From NCBI RefSeq assembly GCF_006345805.1, contig NC_043007.1:72602001-72666000 (forward strand): a stretch of DNA of 64,000 nt. Direction: 5' to 3'. The translations under genes were made by a program, and so were the position numbers. The DNA is from Octopus sinensis. Lineage: Eukaryota. The notes beneath the pieces were generated by a model. The model made no database searches, was not told where the DNA came from, and saw only the letters and a program-made list of their open reading frames with translations. Positions 1 to 11,537 of this stretch are shown piece by piece. Every line of letters starts with the position of its first letter. The stretch's first letter is position 1.

Positions 1-1355
1 TATAAAACCAACCTGCATCTTATCATGAAGCATATATCAACCTTCACAACCCGAGAGGAGATGCTGCAAAGGTCATGGCTGTTCTTTAATAAAATACTTG
101 AGTGCAGATGGGTTTGTTGTGATGTGAGAAGAGGATTCTGAGGTATCGAGATTGAGACTTTTTAGTCTCAGGGAAAGAAAACATCATCATCATTTAACAT
201 CCGTTTTCCATGCTGGCCTGGATTGGACTGTTTGACAGGAGTTGGCAAACCAGAGAGCTGCACCAGGCTCCATTTGTCTGTTTTAGCATGGTTTTTATGG
301 CAGGATGCCCTTCCTAATTCCATCCACTTTACATAATGTACTGGGTGCTTTTTACTTGGCATTAGCACCAGAGCTTTATACATGACACCAGCACAGGTGC
401 TTTATACATGGCACGAGCACAAGTGCTTCTTACATAGCACCAACGGGGGAGGTTTGTATGTGGCACCAGGGAAAGAAAAATTTTTTAAAATATGAAATTA
501 ACAGTTGTATGCAAATTATTCATGCCATACTTAATTTGAAGGTGAAAATGTTAACAAAACCTATATGAAAATTAGCTTAGTACTACTTTGGTTTACAGTT
601 TAGAAATACAAAACATCTTAATACTTTGTATTGTACAAAAGTATTAAGTAAACAGCTAACAGTTTCTAGAGTCAGAATCTAATTTATGCAGGATAAATAA
701 AGAAGAAAAGAAAAAAGTTAGTTGCATGGATTGTCTTAATGTTTTAATGTGAAAATAGAAACTTTACAAGAAATGTAGATGGCCATTGATCTGTGGGATT
801 AGTTGGAAATTTGTCATTAGTGACCATGGAACATATATTGACTCAGTAATATCTAGAAATTAGCAAACTGTAAAACCCTGTTATTTGGATGTTTTTTCTT
901 GAGCTCTAAGACTCATAAGGCTGGTGACTTGATTTCTGTGGTGTATATAAGTGACTGGAATCACAACATCCCCCTGGACAGGACACTGGTCCCTTGCAGG
1001 ATTCAAGGCCAGCAATTCTGACAGGAGGGGACAAGTTGATTATATCAATCCCAGAACATAACTGGTACTTTATTTTATTAACCCCAGAAAGATGAAAGGC
1101 AAAGTTGACCTTGGCAGCATTTGAACTCAGAATGTAAAGAGCTGGAAGAAATGCATTAAACATGTCCAACATGCTAACAACTCTGCCAGTTCGCTACCTC
1201 ATTGTTATTCCAAGAGAAAACAATTATTAAATGAAAGTTTTTTGTTTGTTTTTTAAGCTAGTGTAGGTTATAAATTTCTTAAAGTTTTCGAATGTTCAAT
1301 TGAATATTCAACCCATTAACATTTAAACAGGCTAGATCCAATTCTCTCACACCTA

Positions 1356-1769
1356 CGCAGGAGTGGCTGTGTGGTAAGTAGCTTGTTTACCAACCACATG
1401 GTTCCGGGTTCAGTCCCACTGCGTGGCACCTTGGGCAAGTGTCTTCTGCTATAGCCTCGGGCCGACCAAAGCCTTGTGAGTGGATTTGGTAGACGGAAAC
1501 TGAAAGAAGCCCGTCGTATATATGTATGTGTATATATATATATATATGCGTGCGTGTGTTTGTGTGTCTGTGTTTGTCCCCTTAGCATTGCGTGACAACC
1601 GATGCTAGTGTGTTTATGTCCCCGTTACTTAGCAGTTCGGCAAAAGAGACCGATAGAATAAGTACTGGGCTTACAAAAGAATAAGTCCCGGGGTCGAGTT
1701 GCTCGATTAAAGGCGGTGCTCTAGCATGGCCGCAGTCAAATGACTGAAACAAGTAAAAGAGTAAAAGAG
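1356..1769 (+). mobile_element. tRNA-derived SINE family A, full length
   Basis: Head GGCTGTGTGGTAAG (A box) ... GGTTCAGTCCC (B box), central TA/TG microsatellite, tail ...gactgaaacaagtaaaaga; many copies in window. Confidence 0.9.
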
Positions 1770-2778
1770 TACCCTACACTGTTATTATAAAAATAGACAA
1801 TCACATCATCAAAATCTTGAATCATTGTGTTGTGGGAGAATCCTGAACACCCCAACATGACTGAAGGTGACTGATTACAATAAATAAGAGCCGAGTGAAC
1901 TGTCAAAGGGAGAGTTGACTTTTATTGTTGACCATATTGGTTTACTGTGTTCGTTTGAAGTGTGTTGGTTTAACAGTCAGCAGTTGAACAGTGAATACTG
2001 AGCATCATGCCTATGTTTGAGTAGTACAGAGTGCATTCTGTGTTAATATATATTTTTACAATAGATTTTTTAGATAACCACCACCAACTATTTATTTATG
2101 CACTGTCATTTTACACCAGATGTGTATATCCACGTCATAACACATTGAAATAATGCAGGATTAATTCAAAGCAATGTGAATAAATAAGCATTCCATTTGA
2201 CAGTTATCGGAATGCAGTAGGGTTAAAATATTTAACATATTTCCTACCTACAGGTTATATAGTATTTGCCTTCAAATGTGCCAGATATTCTATTTTCTGA
2301 AACTGGTTTTAGCTTATGGTCTTCAGCTTTATAACTGTGAGACTTATGTTTCATTAGATCCTGATATATGTGTATAAGTCGTATTTTTGTGGGGGCGGGG
2401 ATTGTCTTTTTCAATCAGCAAAATTTTCTGTCAACTGGTATTTTAACGAAGTATATCTATTAATTTCCTGCTTATGTCAGCCTGACAATATTTTCTTTCC
2501 AGTTGTTTTCAATTGTTAGCACTTTATTTCTTCAATCTAAATTCAGTATAATAATGTTGGGTATAAAAACCATTTCAATATTTAAAGGAATTTATTTACG
2601 ATTATTTCACTGAATGAAATTAAAAAGCATTTTGTCGATACAATGAAATTTGACTAGAATTAAACAAGTATATGAAAATCGAAAAGAAAAAAACTTTGAA
2701 AGTGTCTTCATTCCTTTCAGTACATTTATAAATGATCTTATACATGTGATATTATCTTGATATCAAATAGCACATTTA

Positions 2779-2940
2779 TAAATGAGGCATGACTGTGTAG
2801 TTAAGAAGTTCACTTCTCAGTCAAGTGGTTTCAATTTCTGCTCCACTACACAACACCTTGAGCAAATATCTTCTGTTTTAACCCTAGGCCAACCACAGCC
2901 TTGTGAATGGGTTTGGGAGACTGAAACTAAAAGATGCCTG
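2779..2940 (+). mobile_element. SINE family A, degraded 5' part
   Basis: gcatgactgtgtagttaagaag...ccttgtgaatgggtttgggagactgaaactaaaaga aligns to the family head. Confidence 0.7.
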
Positions 2941-4449
2941 GTGCATGCATATGTGTATATGTATGGATGTCTATGCTTCATTTACATTAGTTTCCTAATA
3001 AGAAAGTCGCCCAGCTATGAGCAGTGTTGTCATTTTATCTGTCAATCAATCAACCACTCACTTTGTGCTTACATATGGCTGTTAAACAGTACATTAATAA
3101 AATGTCTAACCTATGCTTAAATGGAAAAGCACATATAAAACAAACATGACAACTTAGCTACAAGTGTATTATGTAAACATGTCCAGTTCACATTCTTAAA
3201 ACATTACAATTTCAATATACATATTATATTCTGCAGGGTGGTTGATGTTAGGAAGGGCATCCAGCTGTAACAACTATGCCAAAACAGACAGTAGCTTGGT
3301 GTAGTCTTCTACCTGGCCAGCTCTTATCAAACTGTCCAACCCATGCCAGCATGGAAGGTGGACGTTAAATTGTGTTGAACAGAGGTGATTGATATACTAG
3401 AAATATAAGTACATTTTATATTTACCAATACTACCAAGATATTAAGATTCATATATTTGTGTCAATAAGGAAATAATGTTTGCTTGAGACATAAAAGACA
3501 CATGGGCATCTTAGATACACCCCAGTTTCAGCAGCAGATATTCAGGCAAAAAATGTTTTTAGGACATAATTTAGGCCCAAATTCAAATCTTTGATCTGAG
3601 GGGATTTTATTTAATATATTTTTTTATGGAAAAAAAAAAGGTGCATCTTATATGCCATCAAATGCAGTATATATATTTTTCAGTTCTTCAGTTTATTTTA
3701 GACACCATAGCTAAGGCCATGCTGGGGCACTGCCTTCACATGTATTCTCTCCTTTACACAGTTCACGATTTCTTTCACACTATGAATCTCATGAATGCAA
3801 TTGTGCTTTTAGACCTAGTCTCATGTTCATCTCAAGAACACCATGTTATATTTAGAATTATTATTGTAGAGAAACTTTAAAATTGGGATTGAAAATTTAG
3901 TCGTGTGAGCCAAACTATCTACAATGCACAGTAACAGAAATTTGCTCTTTTCTCTGTCATTATTGTTAGGGTATTCGGTGAAAATATTAAAAAATTAAAG
4001 TTATATATATCATATTTTTACAAGGAAACAGTTGATAGAGACTTCAAAGGTTTGGCTTACTTGCTTATCATTACTCTGATGGCTCAAAATATGCCAAAAC
4101 TCAGAAGTTAGTCAACATTTTCTTTGTAAAATTACATATGATACTTTACTGGAAACTATTGAGGAAATTTAATGTTCAGCTGTTTTTATATATAACTTTA
4201 CATAAAACAAACATCAAGAGGTCTATGTGCATGCATGAGCGCATGCACTTAGATACTTATGGTTCATGTCTAACACAGAAAAGGGAAACAATTCATGTAT
4301 GGTATCACTCATTTGGTCACAAAGAAAGACACACACACACACATCTCAATAAAGATATCTACAGTTGTGTGTGTATGTGCTTTTTGTCTTTGGGATATGT
4401 GTTTCTACCTTTGCAGAATTCAAGTTGATCACTTTTAAAGTGATAAGAC

Positions 4450-5600
4450 CATTTTGTTTAAGGAAGGAAAGCATTTGGTGGCTTGTAAATTATGTTCTTG
4501 GATTTGTGAATTATCTATGTCTCTCGACCTAGTTGGGAGGCTCTTCAAATACTTCATGTTCCTAGCAAGATCAAATACTTCAATCTTTGTTATTATTTTT
4601 GCAAATGTTTAGATGAGAGATCCACAAAACCAGAGTGGCACAGATGAGAGAAAAGAATCAGAACTAGCTTCACCGTTTCAACCAACCTTTTTTGATCCTG
4701 CTTTGAACATTGTCATAGTATTGCTATCATACATAGTCAGCAGTATTGGTGTGTAACAGCCATTAATAAGAATATTTATAGATGACCTGATACTCTCGGT
4801 TGGACTTGAGAAGCTTATCTCATGGACAAGGCTCAGCTTCAAACCATCAAAGTTAATGCCCTTTGTCCTGTAAAGAGAGAAAGTGATTGAAAAGTTTCAC
4901 TTGACTTTATCTATAACCACCATCCCAACATTGACAGTGCAACTTGTCGGGCTTGGAGAAACTCTTTAACTGCAACCTGAAGGGTATAGTTACCATCTGC
5001 AAAACAAGTAGGGACTTTAAGAATTTAAGGTTTGGGTATACATGCACACCATCTTGTGCAGGGTTTTATATCCTCTGTCACTCTGTGATGTCAGTATATC
5101 AACTGCGGAAACCTCAGAGAAGATTAGCTAGTTGAGGAGGTGACAAAGCTTACCAAGGAGTCTAAACAGCATTGTTCTATACAGAGCCACTAATGTTCTA
5201 CAACTTCCCTTCAGTAGCCTCACAGAAGAGTTTGTGGTGACATGAATGAGAGATGCCATGAAGTATAGAGATTCCAGGGATACTAAAACAGCAGCACACA
5301 GCACTGAAGTTTGCACATGTTGGAAATGGAGTGCTACCAGATTTGCTGATGGCAGAGGAGCCTGTTATGGCAGAAGATTGTTGGGACCATCATGATAAAG
5401 TATTCAGGCTTCGAATACTTTTCAATTTGCCACATCAGTAACACCACAAGAAAAGAATGACACCTCTGTGAAGTCTATGCAGGCATAGTGGAAGCACAAG
5501 CTCAGCAAGATGATAGAACTTGGCCAACTAAGAACCTGGACAAAGTTGGTCAACTTACTGTATTGGAACATTACTTAATCAGATTTCCAGTGGGCTAACA
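4450..5600 (+). mobile_element. Degraded Hero-like (R2/NeSL group) non-LTR retrotransposon RT remnant
   Basis: Frameshifted peptides HVPSKIK, WHR*EKRIRTSFTVS, IRIFIDDL (RT catalytic), GLEKLISWTRLSFKPSK, LPRSLNSIVLY, LQLPFSSLTEEF, YRDSRD resemble Hero-clade ORFs (recalled). Confidence 0.75.
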
Positions 5601-6291
5601 ACCAACACATTTTTTTCACTCAGCCAATATTTTAACGAAGTATGTTTATTAATTTGCCTGCTTATGTCAGCCTGACAATGTTTTTTTTTTCTCATTTGTT
5701 TTCAGTTATGTTGCTCCAAAATTAGCACTTTATTTCTTTTAATCTAACATCGGTTTAATGTTGGGTATAAAAATGGTTTCAAACCGTTAAAGGAATTAAT
5801 TTACCATAATTACACTGAATGCAATATAAGGAATTTGGGCCCACCAATCTTTAGCAAGTTTTGCAGAAATTGAGGAAGCAAAATGTATGTGTGCGTGTAA
5901 AGTATTTATCACCTTTCTCTGAAGTATATTTGGGTTTTTGCTCCTCAAGAGAAAATATATCTCAAAAAAACTACTAACAGTCTGCAATTTCTTCTTAGTT
6001 GGGTCCCATAAAGTATGTTGCATTTGGAACCATTCCTGTTCTTTCAGTCAGTACTCTGAAGAAATCATCTTCAGATTGATTTGGAATGTAGTCTATGTAG
6101 AAAATTGTCTGAAACCGCATAAATCCAATGTGTTATTAAATTTTCTGAGTTGGTATTATTCTCTTCGTTTGCTCTGAAGCAGTCTTTGATGATAATGCTG
6201 AGAGGAAACCAAAATTGCTTTGAGACAGCAAATATTTTCTTATCTAAAATTATTTCATGAGAAATAATGCATTGATTTTTTTTTCTTTTAG

Positions 6292-6322
6292 GCCAACTTT
6301 ACTTGCGAAATCTGATGCCAAG
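6292..6322 (+). CDS. MAP4K3: MAP4K3/5-like kinase, 31-nt linker microexon (g+PTLLAKSDAK), first exon detectable in window
   Basis: ttttctttttag-type polypyrimidine acceptor ending at 6291 and GTAAGT donor at 6323; ends in phase 0, matching the next exon; resembles STLKAK of vertebrate MAP4K3 (recalled). Confidence 0.7.
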
Positions 6323-7005
6323 GTAAGTATTTTTTCCTTCTTAATCTATCAGTCTTGTATCATTTTTTTAAAAATATCATACAGGAGAAATAGAAGTATT
6401 TTGTTATTCATATTGAGTTGTTGGGTTAACTCTAATAATTACATGCTTATGTTTTATGACAAAAGAATATAACTCAACATACAAGGCAATACTTCAAAGA
6501 AGTATCCTAGCATGACTGCAGTCCAATGACTGAAACAAGTAAATAATAAAAGATACTAACCCTGTATCTGTCCAGATTACTTGCAGAATAATGTGTAGGC
6601 ATAAAACATGAAAATTAAAAGAAATGAAATATCTTAGCTGGGATTTTGATTTCTGGTTAACTGGTTACAAACTTCTATTTCAAGTTTCTTGCTCACCACT
6701 CAGAAGATTCTGTGATCTCATTGAGATAATAATATATGTGTATGCATCCATTATAGAACTTTATATCAGTCGTGTGATGCAAATTTTGACACTGAATATG
6801 TCTTTCACTTCAGCGTCGTTTTCTGTATTATGAAGACCTCTTTATAACACCATCCTGCCAAGATTATCCCTCAAGGAATTTCAGTTAAATGTTAAAAATT
6901 TTAAAATTACAATTTTTTTATTCATGGTCTTTTAGCTAATATCAACATAATCAATATTTGGAATACATGCCCATCCCATCCTATTATATATATGTATATT
7001 GTGTT

Positions 7006-7036
<31 letters not shown>

Positions 7037-7039
7037 TAG

Positions 7040-7445
7040 GTGCAAGCATGGTGATATAGTAAGAAGCTTGCTTCTCAACCACATGGTTCTGGATTCAGTC
7101 TTACATCATGGCACCATGGGCAAGTGCCTTCTCCTACAGCCTTGGGCCAACCAAAGCCTTGTGCCAACCAAAGCCTTGTGAGTGGATTTGGTAGACAGAA
7201 ACTGAAAGAAGTCTTTTGTGTGTATATATGTGAGTGTGTAAGTGTGTCTGTGTTTGTCCCTCCATCACTGCTTGACAACTGGTGTTGGTGTGTTTGCATC
7301 CTTGTAACTTAGCAGTTCAACAAAAGCGACTGATAGAATAAGTACTAGGCTTAAAGTAATAAGTCCCGGGGTCAATTTGTGCGACTAAAACTCCTCAAGG
7401 CAGTGCTCCAGCATGGTCACATTCAAAAGACTGAACAAGTAAAAA
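7040..7445 (+). mobile_element. SINE family A copy
   Basis: Same head, body and tail; internal 17-bp duplication ccaaccaaagccttgtg. Confidence 0.85.
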
Positions 7446-8392
7446 ATGAAAGAATACCATTCCAATCTCTGTTTCTAAAGGGGAGATAACCACTCTGAAA
7501 TGCATGCATCTAACTGTTTGGTTACTGGGTGCTGTGAACCAATGCAGTGTATTTATGCTTATTTTTCAAGAGAGAAATTTCCTCCATGACAAAATGCAGT
7601 GAATGGCTTTGTTACAGGTTCAAATATTCCTCAAGACTATTTGAACTGGTAACCAGTTTGTATTTATGAACATCACTGCTTAGCACTGTCACCCCATATA
7701 TATATGTACATGCATATATATATATATATATAAGAAACATAAAATGGAGTTAGCAAGAGCCTTCATTCAACACAATGATCATTTCAATGCATCCTGCATT
7801 TGCCCTTTACGGGTGGGATATTGCACAGCTAGTTGCATTGCATCCATATTTGCAGATTGCACCTTGTTAGATACCACGTTTTAAATAAGATACTTCATTA
7901 CATATACTGAGTTTTGCTTGACATGTTGCGGTCACTGACAGTGGATGGAAAACATTTCTGGGTTATAACCAGTTGATGGGTCTAGCTATAGTTCAAGGTA
8001 AATACATAACAGATTAGAGTAATACGAGAATAAAACATGACAAAGGATCCAAATTAAAAGATCAAGTGAAGAAGGATAGTTTTACACATGTTGACACATT
8101 TAGACGTACACACACACACACACACACATCCCAACTGCTCGCACTGTTACGGAAATGTCACTGAAAGCGGTCATAAGCAACCCAAATGGTCATATTAGAG
8201 GCAGATATAATTAGCATCTGCCCCCCACTGCTGATCAAACAGTCTACAGTCAGTTACAAATAACTGAGCCGACTTATTCAGTGGTGGTTTTGGCACATTG
8301 TATATGTGGTTTATACACACCCACATATACAAGCATTTGTCTATATAGATACACACATGCTCATACATACATTTATATATATATATATATAT

Positions 8393-8595
8393 AAGTTAAT
8401 CCAAACATGAAAACACAACGAGAAACACAACAACACGAGGAGGTGGAACAAGTATAGTATTATTGGACGCTCAGGAAAGAAGGAAAAAAAAGAGGGTTTA
8501 ACGTTTCGAGCAGAGCTCTTCGTGAGAAACATAGGAAAAGGAAAGATCCAAAGAAGGGAAGACGGAGGAAGAAAAATCCCCAATGGTACACATGT
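8393..8595 (-). mobile_element. Penelope-like terminal (pLTR) fragment with hammerhead remnant; related copy at 58365-58600
   Basis: Two similar copies (gttaatccaaacatgaa...ggacgctcaggaaag...aacgt...); minus strand carries a CTsACGA...GAAACGTT-type core. Confidence 0.6.
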
Positions 8596-8796
8596 GGTCA
8601 CATTATATATATATATATTTAGCAATGGTTTCACATATACAAAGACACGTACTCATACATATATTTAGTGGTGGTTTGACACATGCACATTCACTGTTCG
8701 TATATTTATTTGCATATATATGTTTTTACTACATCAACATGCATGCCTACATAAGTATTTACATATACACATAGACACATTCATATGCATTTATTT

Positions 8797-9163
8797 ATGT
8801 ACATACCTACATCTATATGTATATATACATGCATATATGAGTACAGGACACCACAAATAAACGTAGAACACAACGAAAAACGAAAACATAAAACCAAACA
8901 AAGAAACAGACTTTTTTTAACAACGAAAAAACAGAGTACAAGACAAACAACAACAATGTGTACGCATTGAGTCGAAACAGGGACAGCTGAAGAAGGGGAA
9001 TGTTCCTTGTGTTTTTTGTCTTGTACTCTGTTTTTTTGTTGTTAAAAAAATTCCCTTTTCCTTGTTTGGTTTTATGTTTTCGTTTCTCGTGTTCTATGTT
9101 TATTTGTGGTGTCCTGTACTCATATATGCATGTATATATACATATAGATGTAGGTATGTACAT
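8797..9163. repeat. About 367-bp inverted repeat (arms about 150 bp, spacer about 55 bp)
   Basis: Left arm atgtacatacctacatctat...gagtacaggacaccacaaataaac is the reverse complement of the right arm gtttatttgtggtgtcctgtactc...atagatgtaggtatgtacat. Confidence 0.9.
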
Positions 9164-9226
9164 ATATGTATGTATGCATATGTTTTATTTATTAAATTGT
9201 TATTATATATATATATATATATATAT

Positions 9227-9407
9227 GCGCAGGGGTGGCTGTGTGGTAAGTAGCTTGCTAACCAACCACATGGTTCCGGGTTCAGTCCCACTGCGTGGCA
9301 TCTTGGGCAAGTGTCTTCTGCTATAGCCCCGGGCCGAACAATGCCTTGTGAGTGGATTTGGTAGACAGAAACTGAAAGAAGCCTGTCGTATATATGTGTA
9401 TATATAT

Positions 9408-9470
<63 letters not shown>

Positions 9471-9670
9471 TTGTGTTTGTCCCCCTAGCATTACTTGACA
9501 ACGAATCCTGGTGTGTTTACGTCCCCGTCACTTAGCGGTTCGGCAAAAGAGACCGATATAATAAGTACTGGGCTTACAAAGAATAAGTCTCGGGGTCGAT
9601 TTGCTCGACTAAAGGCGGTGCTCCAGCATGGCCGCAGTCAAATGACTGAAACAAGTAAAAGAGTAAAGAG
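9227..9670 (+). mobile_element. SINE family A copy (young)
   Basis: Near-identical to the copies at 1356, 43318 and 52294. Confidence 0.9.
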
Positions 9671-9961
9671 TATATATAGTTTGTATGTATTTGTGCACAT
9701 TGATGTACATGTATATATATATGTGTGTGTCATCATCATCATTGTTTTGATGTCTAACGTTCCATACTTGCATGGATCAGACAAATGTATGTTGGGGCAA
9801 AGTTTTCTCTGGCCAGATGTTGTTCCTCACACCAACCTTTGTTTCTAAATGCAGGAATAATCTCTCGGTCAATCAATCAGCAAACAGCCCTGATATATTT
9901 ATGTGGAGAAATGGAAACAAACAACACAATTTGAATGCTCCTTGCATTTACAAAGCTCATG

Positions 9962-10128
9962 CAAGGCATGGCTGTGTGGTAAGAAGTTTGCTTCCCAACC
10001 ACAGGGTTCTGGGTTCAGTCCCACATTATGGCAACTTGGGCAAGTGTCTTGCACCATAGCCTTGGGCTGACCACAGCCTTGTAATTGGACTTGGTTAGCA
10101 GAAACTGAAAAGAAGCTCATCATATATT

Positions 10129-10206
<78 letters not shown>

Positions 10207-10500
10207 ATAGAATACCAGACTAAATAACCTCTGGAAAAAAAATAGTATAGGAGCTTCCAGGAGTGCACTCAAAAGCATTTCATATAAATGGACTTAAAGG
10301 TTGTGTGTTTGTCCTCCAACCACTGCCTGAAAACTGGTGTTGGTGTGTTTATGTCCCCCATAACTTAGCGGTTTCAGTAAAAGTACCAAGCTCAAAAAAA
10401 TAAGCACTGGGGTTAATTCACTTGACTAAGAAAGTCCTATAAGCTGTTGCCCCAGCTTGGCCGCAGGAAAATGACTGAAAGGAGTAACAGGTAAAAGATA
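9962..10500 (+). mobile_element. SINE family A copy with TA/GA microsatellite
   Basis: Head ggcatggctgtgtggtaagaag; tail ...atgactgaaaggagtaacag. Confidence 0.8.
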
Positions 10501-11231
10501 TCAAGACGTGTCAAAAAGCCTGGACATACTTTTGTAATTGATTGCAAGAAAATGATAGCATTAATGAAGCGATTGTTTGCAATCTGTAAACAAACATGTT
10601 GATGAGGAAGTACAAACTCCCTCGTACAAATAGACACATGCACATACTTAATTTTATGTTGATCTATACTTTGTGAGTGGACACATAACAACAGAAGATG
10701 TGACCATTGGTGAGAAAGTCTTGTACTCTTTGCACTCAGTCCCTTGTGTTATTTGTTTTGCGCTAAGTTGCAAATGCTGCCGTATCACTGTAACCACCAA
10801 AAATTCAGAGAATTAGTGATTGTCCTACTATTATAACTATTAAACATGTCTCTTGTATTACATTAAGTGGATTGAAATGGAAAAACATCATTTTATCTTT
10901 TAAATTCAAATTACGATGAAAGTAAACAAAGTTTTCTTTTGAAGCGTTGAGATGTATTGAAAGATAAGGAAATAGCCGCCGACACATTTTTCTGTTCTGC
11001 AAAATACAGGTAGTTTATCCTGTTCATGCTACATTATTAGCATTATCCAGTGTTTGAGCATAAAATTATTTCCTTATTTTATCTTTTGCCTTTCAATCTT
11101 TCGAGGTTGATGAATTAAATACCAGTGAAACACTGGAGTTGATGTAATTGGCTAGTCCCTGCCCCAAAATTTCAGGCCTTGTGCCTTTAGTAGAAAGGAT
11201 TATTATTATTGTTATTATTATTTCTTTGTAG

Positions 11232-11537
11232 CCTTCTGTGAGTATATCTGATGGAGAAGAGAAGCACGAAGAAGAAACAGCTTGTAACGATGAGGAATTT
11301 GAGAATGACGAAGGTCCTGATGTTGAAGGTTTGATAGATCGTATGGTAACCCTTTGTCCAAGAGCAAAACGACCTACCGAGATGCAAAAAGATAACCCTC
11401 CAGAACTTCCACCGAAAAAAAAGCATCACCAACAACAAAATGGAGAAATTCAACATAATACAGAAAATGGAAGTCCATTTTCACAAGAAGAAAAACCACC
11501 CATGCTACCTCCGAAGCGACGGGAGAAGAAGGAAGCT
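11232..11537 (+). CDS. MAP4K3: MAP4K3/5-like exon, acidic and Pro-rich linker (PSVSISDGEEK...PPELPPKK...PPMLPPKRREKKEA)
   Basis: tttgtag acceptor, GTATGT donor, 306 nt in phase 0/0, two PxLPPK SH3-binding motifs typical of GCK-I kinases. Confidence 0.9.

Noticed and set aside
1357-1440. tRNA-like A/B boxes
   Set aside because: These are SINE heads: multi-copy, attached to SINE body and tail, and no complete cloverleaf
1-6291. Upstream MAP4K kinase-domain or linker exons
   Set aside because: No kinase motifs and no convincing exon ending in phase 2; the upstream exons are presumably outside the window
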